From NCBI GenBank assembly GCA_964234715.1, contig OZ174278.1: a DNA stretch of 64,000 bases; one strand, written 5' to 3'. This DNA comes from Podarcis melisellensis (Eukaryota). The stretch's first letter is position 1. Each line of letters starts with the position of its first letter. The notes below the pieces were generated by a model. It was given only the letters and a program-made list of their open reading frames with translations. It did no database searches and was not told the DNA's origin. Below are positions 23,600 through 36,590 of the stretch, in pieces. Position numbers and translations under genes: made by a program.

Positions 23600-25300
23600 A
23601 TGCGGAGCTGCCGGCTTAAAAATGAGGGTCACGGCCACACGGTTCGCCCTAGTTCTCCTTTGTGGAGAACTGAAAGCCGCCCCTCTCCGCGCAGAACTGT
23701 GGCTGAAGCGAGGAGGAGACGCCGCCAGTTTGGAGAAGAACAGAAAACCAGCCGCGCCGCCGCTTCCCGGAAGCCTGCGAGGCGCTGGCCGGCCTCTCCC
23801 CCGTCACACACACGTGCGCTGCGGGCGGAGCGGCTGTCGGAGGGCATGTGCGCTCGGCTCACCAGGCCGGGGACTGGGGCGGGCGCTCGGCGGGGCGGTG
23901 CTGCCCTCAGCCGGGGAGAAGGAGTTATACAACCGCTCGGCGTTGCATAAGCGCCTGAGCCCGGAATAGTCTCAGCTGCCTGCTGGCGCGCTCCGGGAGC
24001 GAGGCCAGCGCCGCCCTGCTCTCCTCCCCCTGACCCCGACGCGCTCGCTCTCCTCGGGGGACGCCCCAGACGGAGCTGGCGGCGCGCCTTCCCCCCCGCG
24101 CAGCCCTTTCATAACGGCGTCCGTCCCAGCCCTGGCGGCCACCAGGCTCCTTGAACGAGGCGCGGCGGCTGCGAGGGGCCGCCTCTCCGCTTTCCTGCTC
24201 CTCGCGGAGGCGCTGAGCTCGACGATGAAGCCATAGCAGGAGCGCTCGCCGCCACCACCACACCCACCCAGGCAGCCAACCCGGCGAAAATGGAGCTGGG
24301 GGCCGCGCTCGGGCAGCAGGCGCAGCAGCGCGCCCACCACCACCAGGCCCCGTCGGCGGCAGGAGGAGGAGGCGGCGGCGGCGGACCCTGCGCGGAGATG
24401 TTGCAAGTGGCCGAGGAGGCTTTCCGAGGCGGGCAGTTCGCCCTGGCGGCGGAGATCCTGAGCTCGCAGCTGGCGGAGCTGGCGCAGCCCGAGCGGGGCC
24501 TTTGCCTCCGCCAAGGGGACGCGCTGGCCCGCGCGGGGCGCATGGCCGAGGCTCTGGATGCTTACAGCGCCGCCGCCCGGCTGGCCCGCCTGAGGCCCGA
24601 GGAGCTGCGCGAACTGACCGAGAGCTTCGCGCTCAGCCTCCGCGACAAAGAGCTGCGCCTGCCGCCGTGGCCTGGCGGCGGGGCAGCTCCGGAGGGAGAC
24701 GACCCGCTGGCGGACCCGCCTTGCTGCCGACCCCCGGAGCCGCTGGGCTGCCCGGTGTGCCGCCGCCTGCTCTGCGAGCCGGTGACTCTGCACTGCGGGC
24801 ACACCCACTGCAAGCGCTGCGCCCAGAGCGGCGGAGGCGAGTGCGCCCGCTGCGCCGCCCGGCGCCCAGCCTCTGCCGCTGCCCCGGCCGCGCAGCCCCC
24901 CGCCGGTCCCCGCGTCAACGTGGTCCTGGGCAGCCTGCTGGAGAAGTGGTTCCCGGCCGAGAGCAAAGCGCGCCGGCTGGGCGCCGAAGGGGACGCGCTG
25001 AAGGAGAGGCAGGAGCTGGCGGCCGCCCTGGAGAAGTACAACCAGGCCCTGGACCTCGGTGAGTGCTCGCCGTCGCGCACGCCCGACTCCTCCCCACAGA
25101 AGAAAGCTGCCCTGTCGCCTTTGGAAGCAGCAAGGGCAAACACCTTGTCAATATGCTCGGCGACGCTGCGCCACAACCCCGACCTGTGTTGCTTTGGCTC
25201 ACAAGGGGAGAAACAGGCCCAGTTGCGTTCCTGAGCTCCCTCCCTTATGTGGGAAGCGGATTAGGGATTTCCCGACGGGGAGAAAGCGCAGTGTAATGGG
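23600..25300. promoter_or_regulatory. CpG island / promoter and first exon of LONRF2
   Basis: Very GC- and CpG-rich block against a CpG-poor background; GC boxes (ggggcggg), ETS-like ccggaag, E-box cacgtg at 23811. Confidence 0.9.
24290..25058 (+). CDS. LONRF2: LON peptidase N-terminal domain and RING finger 2, exon 1 (TPR, first RING, TPR start)
   Basis: Strong Kozak aaaATGg; ...EEAFRGGQFALAAE...GLCLRQGDALARAGR...CPVC..CGHTHCKRC..CARC...RVNVVLGSLLEKWFP; donor G|gtgagt (phase 1). Downstream of CHST10, as for mammalian LONRF2. Confidence 0.93.
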
Positions 25301-28300
25301 GGCCATTTCCAGGAGTGGGTGTTTCTGCCAACGCTGGGCAGCCAGGCCTTGAGAAGGAATTCGACAATAAGGGGCCCCTTCTCAACACCTGGGTGGAAAG
25401 TGCCTTGTGGCGCTTTCTGCACTGCCTGGTGTTTTTGCAAACTCTATGTGAAGTGTAGAAAGTGGGAGGAAGTGTGTCACTTTCTAAAAAAAGAAACACC
25501 CCCCCCACTAAGCTTGTGCTTCCTGGCACTGTGCAATTGGGGTTCCCAATATTCTGTTGGGAGGCGCCCCCCTCCCAACTGTTGCAGTTTGTGAAGGAGA
25601 ACAGGAATCTGTTCAGTTCTTACAAACTGCTGTGTTGTCGAGCTTGGGCTGTGTGACAGCCCAATGGTGAAATGATTTCTAGGGGTCAGAAGGGTCTGTG
25701 ACATAGGCACAGTTGTGTTTCGGTGTTTGGAGGGCACGTGTATTGGGGAAATAGGCTGTGGGGTGTTGGGTAAAGGGTTAATTTGACTTCTCAAGTTATG
25801 TGGGAAATGAATTCTGTTTAGGTGGGTTCCAGCTGCCTTGCCCATTCAGAAAAAATACCCTGGGTTTTTGTTAACATTGACCAGAAGCAGCCATGGGGTT
25901 TATTAGAATGAGGTGAGGTGTTCTCTTGAGGGCTGGCAGTTATAGCCCCAAGATGCTTCCCAGCTGAAGCCAGGGCAGGGGTGAGAGCAAGTACTGGGAA
26001 TAGTCAACATTGGAACACATATTGTATCTTCTGTGCATTGCTTTGTGGAGAATGTTAAGGGCCTTTGCAACTGCGAGAAATCGAGATTTTCGTCCAGGAG
26101 TTAGAAAAGTTCATGCCCCACATGGTTTTCTCAATCCTGGTGCCTTGTGGCTCAGAGGTTCAAATTAGCTTTCCTTTTCTCTGGAACAACTTAAGCCACT
26201 TAATTTGTATTGGTTTCTGACTTCCATTTGACAGGTCAGGCACCAGTAAGAAAACAGCTTTGTGGGAAATAATTCTAGAGAGTTTAAAAATTGTATAATA
26301 GTGAAAGTTGAAATGTAATTGTAGCCTAGGTATGGCAATGCTTTGTGACATTGTCAACACAGAGGTTTGTGGAGCTTTGAGCATCTTGGAAACTCAGAAA
26401 GCGTGTATGGCGTGCATTGGAAGATACGAGCTAATCCTTCCTCGTCACATACCTTTTCTAAGGCAGCAATACATCTTCATCTACTGCCCTGCCAGTACCC
26501 AGGAGGTACATACTATTTTCACTGCCAGCCTTTTGACTAGCCACAAAAATAGCTGGGAATATATAAGATAACACTTCCTGCTTGGCAGAATCTCTAAAAC
26601 ATGTGTAGTGTGGGTTAAGGTCATTGCCAATCGTCTTTACCCAAACCTTGGGAAATTAATAAATGACTTACTTCTCTTACCTCAGAGACTTCCTTACAAT
26701 TCAGAGCAAAACTTGCAGCAGCTACTGTATCCACAGAACTTACGGATACCCAGTTGGGCACCCTGCAGATTATCTGTGTGTTGTTCATTTGTTCATGGTG
26801 GGAGATGGAGGACTTATTTTTTAAAAAACAAATAATTTACAACGTTCCATTTTCATCTAGAAATTTGTGACAATCCGAGAATTTGAGAATAGATTCTGTG
26901 TAATTTCTGGGAACAGCATCAGAATTGCATAATATTGTTTCCCTGAATACTCATCATCGCAACACAGTGTAAGAGAGTGTGACTTCTCTAAACACATTCG
27001 GAACCTTATACCTAAGATGTTGACATGCTTACTGTAAGACCACCAGAACTGATTGCATAATATAGATGGATTTCAAAACCTTTTTGGTATCTATTTGACT
27101 AAGAAAAGGAAGCCATGTCTACAGAAACATCAAATAGGTGCATTTGGACAGGCAGAGTGAAAGTCTCACTGTTGCCGTTTGTGGTTAAAATTTCAGAAAT
27201 ATGGGTGTGTGTGAATTAATGCATGAATCAGAGAGTCTGGAACACTCTGGAATGCCATGGTTCCAGGTTTGGCTGTGTATGCTTGATGTAGTGTAAATTT
27301 TCACAGGTCATCCTGACCTTTTGAAATGCCAGTAGGGAGGAGTACTGTTGGTTCTCTTCTGAGAGGCTGTTTCAAAGTTTTTGGAGCTGGGCCTTTCTTG
27401 GTGACTTCAATAGGCTGGGAACAGAGCTTGTATATAGGGAAATAGGTTTTTCCTTCCTTTTTCAGTCGTTATTTTGCTATCATTACATGCAACTGTTTAG
27501 ACATAACAAACGAAAACCTTCCCAAGTAGAGCAGGTGTTGGCAACCTTCGGCTCTGCAGATGTTGCTGACCTCTACAGCTCCCATCCTTCTTGACCATTG
27601 TCTGTGCTTACTGGGACCAATAGCCAGAGGCTTCCCATACCTGCAATAATAGAGAGAACCATTGGAGCTGAAATTGTCTTCCTTTTGTCATGTCAAGCAG
27701 CAAAACTACATTTGTTTCATGCCTCATTGTTTCATCGGAAAACATATTCTGATATGAGGAAAGTTTCTGTAATTGTACGTCTCTGCATATTGAATTATCT
27801 CTATATTGTGATACCAAAGTGCCCTCTTTTTAACCCAGTAAAACAAATCAGTGGAATTGATTTACCTAGCTGTGCCTCCTTTGTCATTGTCAACTTAACC
27901 ATGGAGAAGTTCTTTCTCTCGCAAGCGTTAAAGCAATGCTGTATTTTTCAGTTTTGTAATGAGTTGCGGGGTTGTTGTTTTTTAAGAATAAAACTTTTGG
28001 GCTAAATTTTTGAAAAGTACTTGGTTAAAACCTAACACAGATCATTATCCCCAAATAGAATTTCCCCTGGGAAAACTTGATTTCTGTGATCCTTCTTGGG
28101 CCCATCTCAAACTGGAAAGCATTTAGCTCAGGTTTAGGGAGATTTTTAAAAACTCATCTTCTCACTCTCCCAGTGCTTATATGGACAGTGAAACAGTACC
28201 TAAATACTAGCAGTCATAATGCACAATGGGTTGTTAAAGGGTTTTAAAATATTAATACTTAATATTTAAAATATTAAAACTTTAAAATATTGTTTTGCCA

Positions 28301-28821
28301 GAGGATTGATAACACACCTAAGGCTACTTGGATCTGTATTTTTAATATTGAGTGGGGTGTTCAGCACATGAATGCAGCTGAAAGTTTAATTCTGGAACTA
28401 TGCATTTACTTTGAGGCTGCGCTAGAAGTATGGATCCATGACAGCTTTTTTGCTAGAAGTGTTTGTAAAAGTAAGGAAGATACCAGAGCTTGCCAGGGAA
28501 CTGGCTCTGGCAAGGAAAATGCTCACACACCCCTTATTTTCCTGTGTGTAGATCATGTATAGTCTGTAAAATGACTCAACTGTAAAATGACTCAACACAT
28601 TCAAAGTTCGGAAGAGATCATAAAATTATATAAATGTAGAGCTGGAAGGGACCCCAAGGTTCATCTAGTCCATCTGATTCTCTTCCTCAGCTTCCTGCCC
28701 CTCCCTCCCTCCAGAATTTCTTTCTCAAACCTGAGCAAACCCACAGGGGATCCCATCTTCACAGCCTCTTCAGATTTTCCAACTCTCCCTTTCCCTGCAG
28801 AGTGTTGTAAAGGAGCCTTCT

Positions 28822-29212
28822 ACGTTTCCAAGCACAATTCAAAGTGTTGGTGCTGACCTTTAAAGCCCTAAACAGCCTCGGTCCTGTATACCTGAAGGAG
28901 CGTCTCCACCCCCATCGTTCAGCCCGGACACTGAGATCCAGCGCCGAGGGCCTTCTGGCGGTTCCCTCATTGCGAGAAGCCAAGTTACAGGGAACCAGGC
29001 AGAGAGCCTTCTCGGTAGTGGCGCCTGCCCTGTGGAACACCCTCCCTTCAGATGTGAAGGAAATAAGCAGCTATCTTCTCTTTAAAAGACATCTGAAGGC
29101 AGCCCTGTTTTGGGAAGTTTTTAATACTTAATGCTGTATTGTTTTTAACACTTGATTGGAAGCCACCCAGAGTGGCTGGGGAAACTCAGCCAGATGGGCA
29201 GGAAATAAATAA

Positions 29213-29257
<45 letters not shown>
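28822..29257 (+). mobile_element. L2 LINE 3' fragment with (ATT)n tail
   Basis: LTFKALNSLGPVYLKERL...RAFSVVAPALWNTLP...FKRHLK is an L2 ORF2 C-terminus; ends ccagatgggc...aataaat(tat)n. Shorter tail fragments lie at ~4285-4365, ~19005-19110 and ~44275-44320. Confidence 0.85.
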
Positions 29258-29259
<2 letters not shown>

Positions 29260-31790
29260 GCTTCATGGGTAAAGGGGAAGGAAGGCTGCCATCACTTTTT
29301 CATCTTCCTCTCTGGCTGAAGCCCAGACATGCTGGGAGCCTCAATTGCACCCCTCTGGCAGCTTCACCCAGAGGCTTAAACCCTGGCTAGACACCCCACC
29401 CCACCCCTAGCTATGGCTCTGCAGAGACCATCCACAGTAGGAAGGACCACAAAATTGCAGTTGCCTTCCAATAGTCGAGTTCTCCTCTGCGAGTATGTTG
29501 AACAAGCTGTAAATAAGTATTTGCAAAGGGTAAAGAGCGTAAAACAGGAAGTTAGTCACTGGAACTCCAGTGGGGAAAGATGGATTTCAGGGAAGCTGGT
29601 GAGATTTTGACCTCTAACTGAAGTTACGCCTTTCCTAAACATACGTCAGTTAGACAAGGTGAATAAGCTCTCTCTCTCTGTGTTACACAGCATTGCCTAT
29701 CATAAGATTAGAGCTATCTTGTGTACAGAAGGTCAGTGACATACATAAACAACTTCCTACTACACATACATAACCTAGCTGCATCACAGACAACCCTATG
29801 CTTTAAAATGGGCGAGATAGCAGTCTGGTAAATGGAACAAAAAGGAAAACAAAGCCTGGCTTAATCACACTGCATCAAGTTATCAACAGTGAAATGCTTT
29901 ACTGCCTTGCAGTTTATGACTCATCCTGCAGCATTTCTAGAAAAGCCTTTTCCCTGGTCTGTGACGAAAAGAGCCTTATGTAAAATGTGTTGATGTTTCT
30001 ACTCTGAGACAATAGGCAGTCAGAGGCACATTAGAACCATTCCTTCACATTTCTGCGTGGCAAAATGGTGGTTTGATCACTGAAATAACTTGCAGTGGTT
30101 TAAATCAAAGCTGCCAATCTTTGCTGGCTTGTGGGCAACAAACTGCAATATGGAACAAGCCTCAAGACAGCTTGGATAAGCTAACAAGAATCATACATTG
30201 CTTTCCCCCCTTCATTTTGAGGGGCGGGGGGAGCTTTATGTCAGACTATATGCTGGTGGCTAGATCGGGGTTCCACACATTGTGCACAAGCGAAGTGGAG
30301 TGTGTCATCAAGTGTACACTCAACAGGGAGTTGCGGTTGGTCTCAGCTTGCTTGACACGTGTACCTGCACAACACCTCTGTGTTTGCAGAGTTACACCTG
30401 TTATGTTCCCTGCCACCCACCCCATTACAAATTTAAGCGCACACTTAAAACACATTAGGAATATATCTAGAAATGCAATGTAGGACTTGGAAAAGGACCC
30501 AAAATGAAACCTGTATCAGTGTGCAGAAGCGGTGTCATTCTTAATCCTCCTTCTTTGCAAGCTCAGAACACAGGGAGGCCTCTTTAGTTGAAGAATAGTC
30601 CAGTTTCTGGCCTGCTTCAAAATTCACTTAAGGAGTTGGGCCAGCACTCCTTGCAAGCGATGTGGCGTTGCTTTTGTGGTAACACAATTAAGCATTTTGT
30701 GGGGAATTGGAAAACTGCAAGTCTGAGAAAACCAGTGGTGACAGCCCTTTACCAACCAACCAAGTGGTAGTTGATCGCGAGGTGTGTGGCAAACTCTTGG
30801 CTTGCGTTTCTTTGTGAAGTGGGGAGCAGAAGCCTTCCACTTCTACCTTTGGATTTCAAAACAGGCACAGAAGTCTGGAATAAAAGTTTTCCCAGCACTT
30901 GGCAGGAAAATGCAAGCTTGCTTTGGGGTTATATGCACCCTGCATAAGGCCATTTTTATTAGCATTGTACATGCCTGTACAAGCACCATAAGGTCTTTCT
31001 GTTGCAAAAAGATTTAAATACAGCTGGTGATAAGAGGATGTTTACCTCCAAGGATAGTTTATTCTCCTTTTGGGGGGGCGGGTTCTTCTAAGCCATACTC
31101 CTTGTAAGAATTCTGCTCAAATCTTCATCTTAATAGAAACCAATGAGGTTATGAAAGCCCATTCCTGCCTTCAAAGAGAAAAACGTAAAGAGCTGTTAGG
31201 GGAAACCATGCAAGTGTCGTGCTGTTCTGTACTACAGTATTTTAGTTCTTGAGCTCTCGCATCCTATTTGGTGCTGTTTGGACCATCAAGGTGGAGAGAT
31301 CCGGTCCTGGAAATAAGGACAGGGCTTCACAAAAGGATAGGGAAAGGAGTACAAATGAATATTGGGGTGATGATTTGGTTGCACTGATCCTAAATACGCT
31401 CTGTGGAAGCTGAGGTTTTGCAGAGAAGGGGGATTTGTAGGGGGAAGCATTAGCCTGATGGAATAACTTGAATTCAGTTCTGTGTATGACAGGAAACACC
31501 AAGGTGAGAAAGGAGACAAGAGGGTTGGAGTAAGCAAATGAGAAAGTGGAGGTTGTAAAAGAAATCCAGGTAGGGATTGCAGGAAATTGAAGATGATCTT
31601 GGTGCATTGGGGAACAGTGCAAAAACTATAGATAGAGAAAAATCCTCATAGCAACAGAGATTATCTAAGTTGAGGCAACCCTAAATGACTGGCAAGTAGA
31701 GAGAGCTTCAGCAACTAGTTGCATACTGGTTACCAATGTTTGAACGAGTTCTTAAGTGGGATTTAGTAGGGTGACTTAGTAATTCTAGAT

Positions 31791-31999
31791 CAGGGGGTCA
31801 GCAACCTTTTCAGCCGTGGGCTGGTCCACCGTCCCTCAGACCATGTGGTGGGCTGGACTATATTTTGGGGAAAAAACATGAACGAATTCCCAGAGATGCA
31901 TTTTAAATAAAAGCACACATTCTACTCATGTAAAAACACGCGGGCCAGATTGAGAATTGGACCACATCCGGCCTCCGGGCCTTAAGTTTCCTATCCCTA
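31791..31999. mobile_element. hAT-Charlie MITE
   Basis: Perfect 8-bp TSD TTCTAGAT (31783-90, 32000-07), a typical Charlie target; starts cagggggtcagcaac. Confidence 0.8.
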
Positions 32000-34253
32000 T
32001 TCTAGATTGTTCCAGAAGCACCAGCAGATCTTTCTTTCTTTTTCTGTCTTTCTATTTCTTTTCCTGTGTAATTTGTGACAGGCTACTACTGTACAGTGAG
32101 TTATTTATTTTTTTAGAACTCCTCCCAAATGGCATTTCCTTCCAGTATTAACCTATATATGTAATTTTGAGTAATGTGGGGCAGTAAAAAAAAAAAAGAG
32201 AGCCATTTTTATTTTAGAAAAAGAGAACAGAAATGACACCTGATTGAAGGTAGTTCTTAGATGCTGGATTTTAAAACCCAAAATGAATCAAAGAGGGTGG
32301 GGGTGGGGAAATGGTGTAATGAGAGAGAGAAAAAGGACTGAAGCGCAGTATAATGAGGCTTCTCTTCTCCTCCCCCAACAATGCTAGACAACAAAAGAAC
32401 AGGCCCTGCTTTTAGAATTTGAAATAAGATAATGCCAGTTCTGCAGGGACACTCCTGGCATTGTAACTGGCATGATTCACAGAAGTTGTTTGAATGGATA
32501 AATGTACAGTACCAGGATTGCCTGATAGTACAAGGGAAATTGCTGAGTTTTGTTGTTGTTTTTTTAAAAAAGATTATTATTTTTTTGCCCAACTTAAATT
32601 GCTATAAATAGGCCCCCTGCTATTATATTCCTAGATGGCTTTTTGTAGCTTGGACCTGCTATTATATTCCTAGATGGCTTTTTGTAGCTTGGACCTTCAT
32701 TGTGTGTCTCAGCAGGCATTCCTGTGCCGCAGTAGCAAATAACTCTGTTTTCTTAGATTCCAACCCCCCCAACCCAGTTTGGTTTAAGTGTCTCAGTGTG
32801 TGAACTACTTTAGGAGGTGACTTTTGACTGTAACTTTGCTTTTATATTGTTGACACCGTTATTTGAGGTAAGAAGAGCACCAAGTGTAGCTAAGGAACAT
32901 GCAAAACCAAATTTAATTAATACCGCCCGGAAGCTCTGAAATATATTGGACTAAAGGTGCATGTGTAATATAGTCCTTTTCTCTCTTCCTGTGTGTTTTT
33001 GGGGAAATGTGGGAGTAGATTATGCTCTGTTTGGAGCGCTTCCTAAAAATAGTAGTGGAGGTAGACAGGAGAAAATTAGAGGTGCAAGCAAGTGGTTTCT
33101 TTCTTAATGTGAACAAAGAGACATTCAACTCAATGTACTCTTTACTGGATTGCCTTGTCGATTTTCCTCAGATGTTAAAGGTTGAGCTAAAATTGGCCGG
33201 ATGCTGGGTGTTCAGTGCAGGGTGGTGATTCTGCATAAGGTGACTTTCCAATTTCAGCTGTCAGTTCATTTTCCTTCTGACAGTAATAAACATTTCCCTG
33301 CATAGTCGAGCACGGTGATAACCATATGGACGCTGCTATGTTTTCCCCATATAATGACCTTTTTAAAATAAATAAAAAAGGCCAACACAAGCATGTGGTA
33401 CGGTGCAATCTCTGGAGCTCGAAAAACTCTGTTCAGTTTTTTTTAAAGCGGGGGTGGGGGTGGGGAATTGCTGAAATGTTTTGGAAGGTTGAGCTATTGT
33501 AGCTTCATGGCTAAATTTGTGAATTGGAAAGTCCTTACTTGAAATTTCACCTCTGCAATGAATTCACCAGGTGGCAACATTGCAGCTTTCACTCTCAGCC
33601 CCTTTCAGGATGGCAATAGCAAGCCTACCTTGCAGGGCTGTTTTCTGCATGTGTAACAGTTGAAATAACACTATCTAAATTCTGTGCACTAATAGCAAGG
33701 AAGTTATAACCCTAGCTTATTCAGTATTGAACTCTTACGATTTTATGACTACATGCAGAAGTGGGAAGAAGCTATCTCTACCAGCTAATGCCATGCAATT
33801 TTCTCAGCGTTGCATTGTGTTATGTGCCTTAAGTTTAAGTCAACCACTATTGCGCTTTTCTCTCTCTTCTTCTTCTTCCTGAATATGGTCTTTTTCTTCT
33901 TTGGTGTTAACTGCTTGGTTTGCTTCCTACATGTTGCTTCTAAAGCTAGGAACGCACTAAAGCTGCAATCCTACACACACTTTCTTGGAGGTAGAAATAT
34001 ATGGGATAAAGGAATGTAATGTTGGTTTTCTTGAGAAGGTTTTGATCCTTTCAGCTCTTGTTAGCTCTCAGCAACTTCGTGACCTCTTTTAATATGCCCA
34101 TTGCTGGTTTGCACTAAGCTGCCTGCTTCCTGCAGGTCACGTGCAGCTGAATAAACGGTTTATTGCAGCTGTTTGGTAATTAATACAGTTCCAAAAACAA
34201 AACCCCGTGTCAAGCCATTTGGAATAGAGTGTTTCAATTACCCTTGGAAAGAG

Positions 34254-34345
34254 TTGTTGTTGTTGTTGTTGTTTAGTCGTTTAGTCGTGTCCGACTCTTC
34301 GTGACCCCATGGACCAGAGCACGCCAGGCCCTCCTCTCTTCCATG
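34254..34345 (-). mobile_element. BovB/RTE 3' tail fragment with (GTT)n
   Basis: Reverse complement matches the 3' end of the 6301-6779 copy. Confidence 0.8.
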
Positions 34346-35070
34346 ATAAAGCTGGCATGTCCCAGAGATAATGTGCCCATCACTATTGCTGATAGCAGGA
34401 AAAGTTCTGCTACATTTCCACATTGCCTAATTTTTGTCTTCTTCTTTGGTGATCACTTGTTGTCGAGTAAAATTGTCTTCCATGAATATTGTCTTAACAG
34501 TGTGTCCGTAAGGTGACTATCTTTGTAATCCTATATGAACACGTGTTTTAACTAGGTTAGAATGATGGGGAGATTTATGTGACCTTGTGTGGTTTTATTT
34601 CAATCATTTGTTAGTCATGGGAAGGTGGGATATAAATGTGTTAAAATAAATGCTTGGTAATTTTCAGTGATGGCAGGTATCAAAGCCATCAAAGCAAGCA
34701 TGATTCAAAGCAATTTGTTCTACCCAGTGCTTTTTTTCTTAAAAAAAAATATGTTTAGAGGTACTCTCATTTTGACTCAGGAGAATCACCATTTTATAGT
34801 TCAAATCGGGGGAAATAAATACAGTAAATGGACAAAAGTACAAAGATTCATAAAATGTTTAGGGGTATGCGTACCCCTGTGTTCCCCCGGGGGCGGGGGT
34901 AAATTGATTTTACTACTTGGAAGATTCAGAAAACCCTCTAGAGCTACCGCATAATACAAATACTGCTTTTTCCAAAATGGGGATCCCTTAGGATTTTGTT
35001 CCTTAAGCCCAATGCTGCTGGGCAGAGATGAGTCAGTGTTGTTGTTGTTCTCCTTGTTGTTGTTGTTGTT

Positions 35071-35388
35071 TTATTTGTATTCCACCCATCTGACTAGGTT
35101 GTCCCAGCCACTCTGGGCAGCTTCCAACAGATACAAAACATAATAAAACATTACACATTAAAAAAAAAGTCCCTATGCAGGGCTGCCTTCAGATGTCTTC
35201 TAAAAGTCAGATAGTTGCTTATTTCCTTGACATCTGATAGGAGGGTGTTCCACAGGGCGGGCGCCACTACCGTGAAGGCCCTCTGCCTGGTTCCCTGTAA
35301 CCTCACAGTGAGGGAAACCACCAGAAGGCCCTCGGAGCTGGACCTCAGCAGATGGAGATGCTTCTTCAGGTATATAGGGCTGAGGTAC
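35071..35388 (-). mobile_element. L2 LINE 3' fragment
   Basis: Minus-strand translation LQGTRQRAFTVVAPALWNTL..DVKEIS.YL.FRRHLK matches the 28822 copy. Confidence 0.85.
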
Positions 35389-35417
35389 AAGAACTAACCC
35401 CTGGGAACCATTGGTGG

Positions 35418-35620
35418 AGGCAGCATAGTTCAGTGGGTAGAGCACGTGTATTGCATGCAGAATGTTTCAGGTTCAGCCCTTCTGTCGCCAGTTAAAGGAA
35501 TCAGGGAGCAGGGGATAGGAAAGACTCCTCTCCCTATGCCAGCGGAGAGCTGCTGGTAGTCCAAGTAGACAATGCCAGACCGACAGACAAATACTTTGAC
35601 TGGAATTATGCAGCTTCCCA
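35418..35620 (+). mobile_element. Old tRNA-derived SINE (Squam2-like); a minus-strand head fragment lies at ~40505-40585
   Basis: catagttcagtgggtagagca...tgcatgcagaa...ggttca head and ggagagctgct...gtagacaat body. Confidence 0.55.
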
Positions 35621-35817
35621 GCTGAGGTTGATAGTGTGGAGTCTTCTTTTCCAGTAGACAGCCTGTGCCATATGTTCTCACATGTTGTTGGGCCAGACAC
35701 TTCGCTGGCACGCTTCAAAACTGAGGGTTGAAAAAAGCAAATCACTGTGCCACTGCCCTATCGTTGTGAATGGTTTCTGCTGTTTCACGATTGGGGCATG
35801 GATGGAAAATTATATTA

Positions 35818-36045
35818 CAGTGGTACCTCAAGTTGCATATGCTTCAGGTTACAGACTCCGCTAACCCAGAAATAGTGCTTCAGGTTAAGAACTTTGCTTC
35901 AGGATGAGAACAGAAATCGTGCTGAGTGGCGGCGCGGCAGCAGCAGGAGGCCCCATTAACTAAAGTGGTGCTTCAGGTTAAGAATAGTTTCAGGTTAAGA
36001 ACGGACCTCCGGAACGAAATAAGTACTTAACCCGAGGTACCACTG
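35818..36045. mobile_element. Tigger/pogo-like MITE, same family as 20415-20655, opposite orientation
   Basis: ta|cagtggtacctc ... cccgaggtaccactg|ta; the interior is the reverse complement of the 20415 copy. Confidence 0.9.
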
Positions 36046-36539
36046 TATATTCACAGCGTTTTTATTTGGCCATCTCTCCCTTTTCCTCCTTCCTCTTTCC
36101 TTTTCACAACAAAACAGAGCAAGGATAACTGAAAGAGCGTTTTGAGGTGGTTTTTTTGTTTGTTTTCCCTTAAAGAATTGGTTAAAATATAACTCAGAAG
36201 CTGGAAGTGCTTATGTAAGTTTGTTTTTCTTTCCCTAGCTTCCCTTGATAACGTGTATGCAAACATTGTTCACGTGGCAATGAAAAGATGTCCCACATGC
36301 CTTTTGGACTACAGGCATTCACTGACCCAGCAAGCATGTTGTGTCTTTTCCTAGGTCTTAGTTCAGGCTTTCGTAATCTTTTCAGGGTCAGGCCTACAGA
36401 TGCTGTCTTCAGCGCTGCTTGTCCAACTGGCCGGAGCAATCCACTTTGAACAAAATATTTAATTTCTGCTTTAATACAAGGTAGGTTTAGGTAGACAATT
36501 GGGGGTTTGCCTCTTGCTCATTCCTCCTCTGCCTCACAA

Positions 36540-36540
<1 letters not shown>

Positions 36541-36587
<47 letters not shown>
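36541..36587. repeat. (ATA)n microsatellite
   Basis: Direct reading. Confidence 0.95.

Positions 36588-36590
<3 letters not shown>

Noticed and set aside
23972-25176. Long antisense and alternate-frame ORFs (278, 204, 186, 144 aa) over LONRF2 exon 1
   Set aside because: Shadows of a stop-poor GC-rich CpG island; low-complexity R/A/G/P composition and no recognisable domain.
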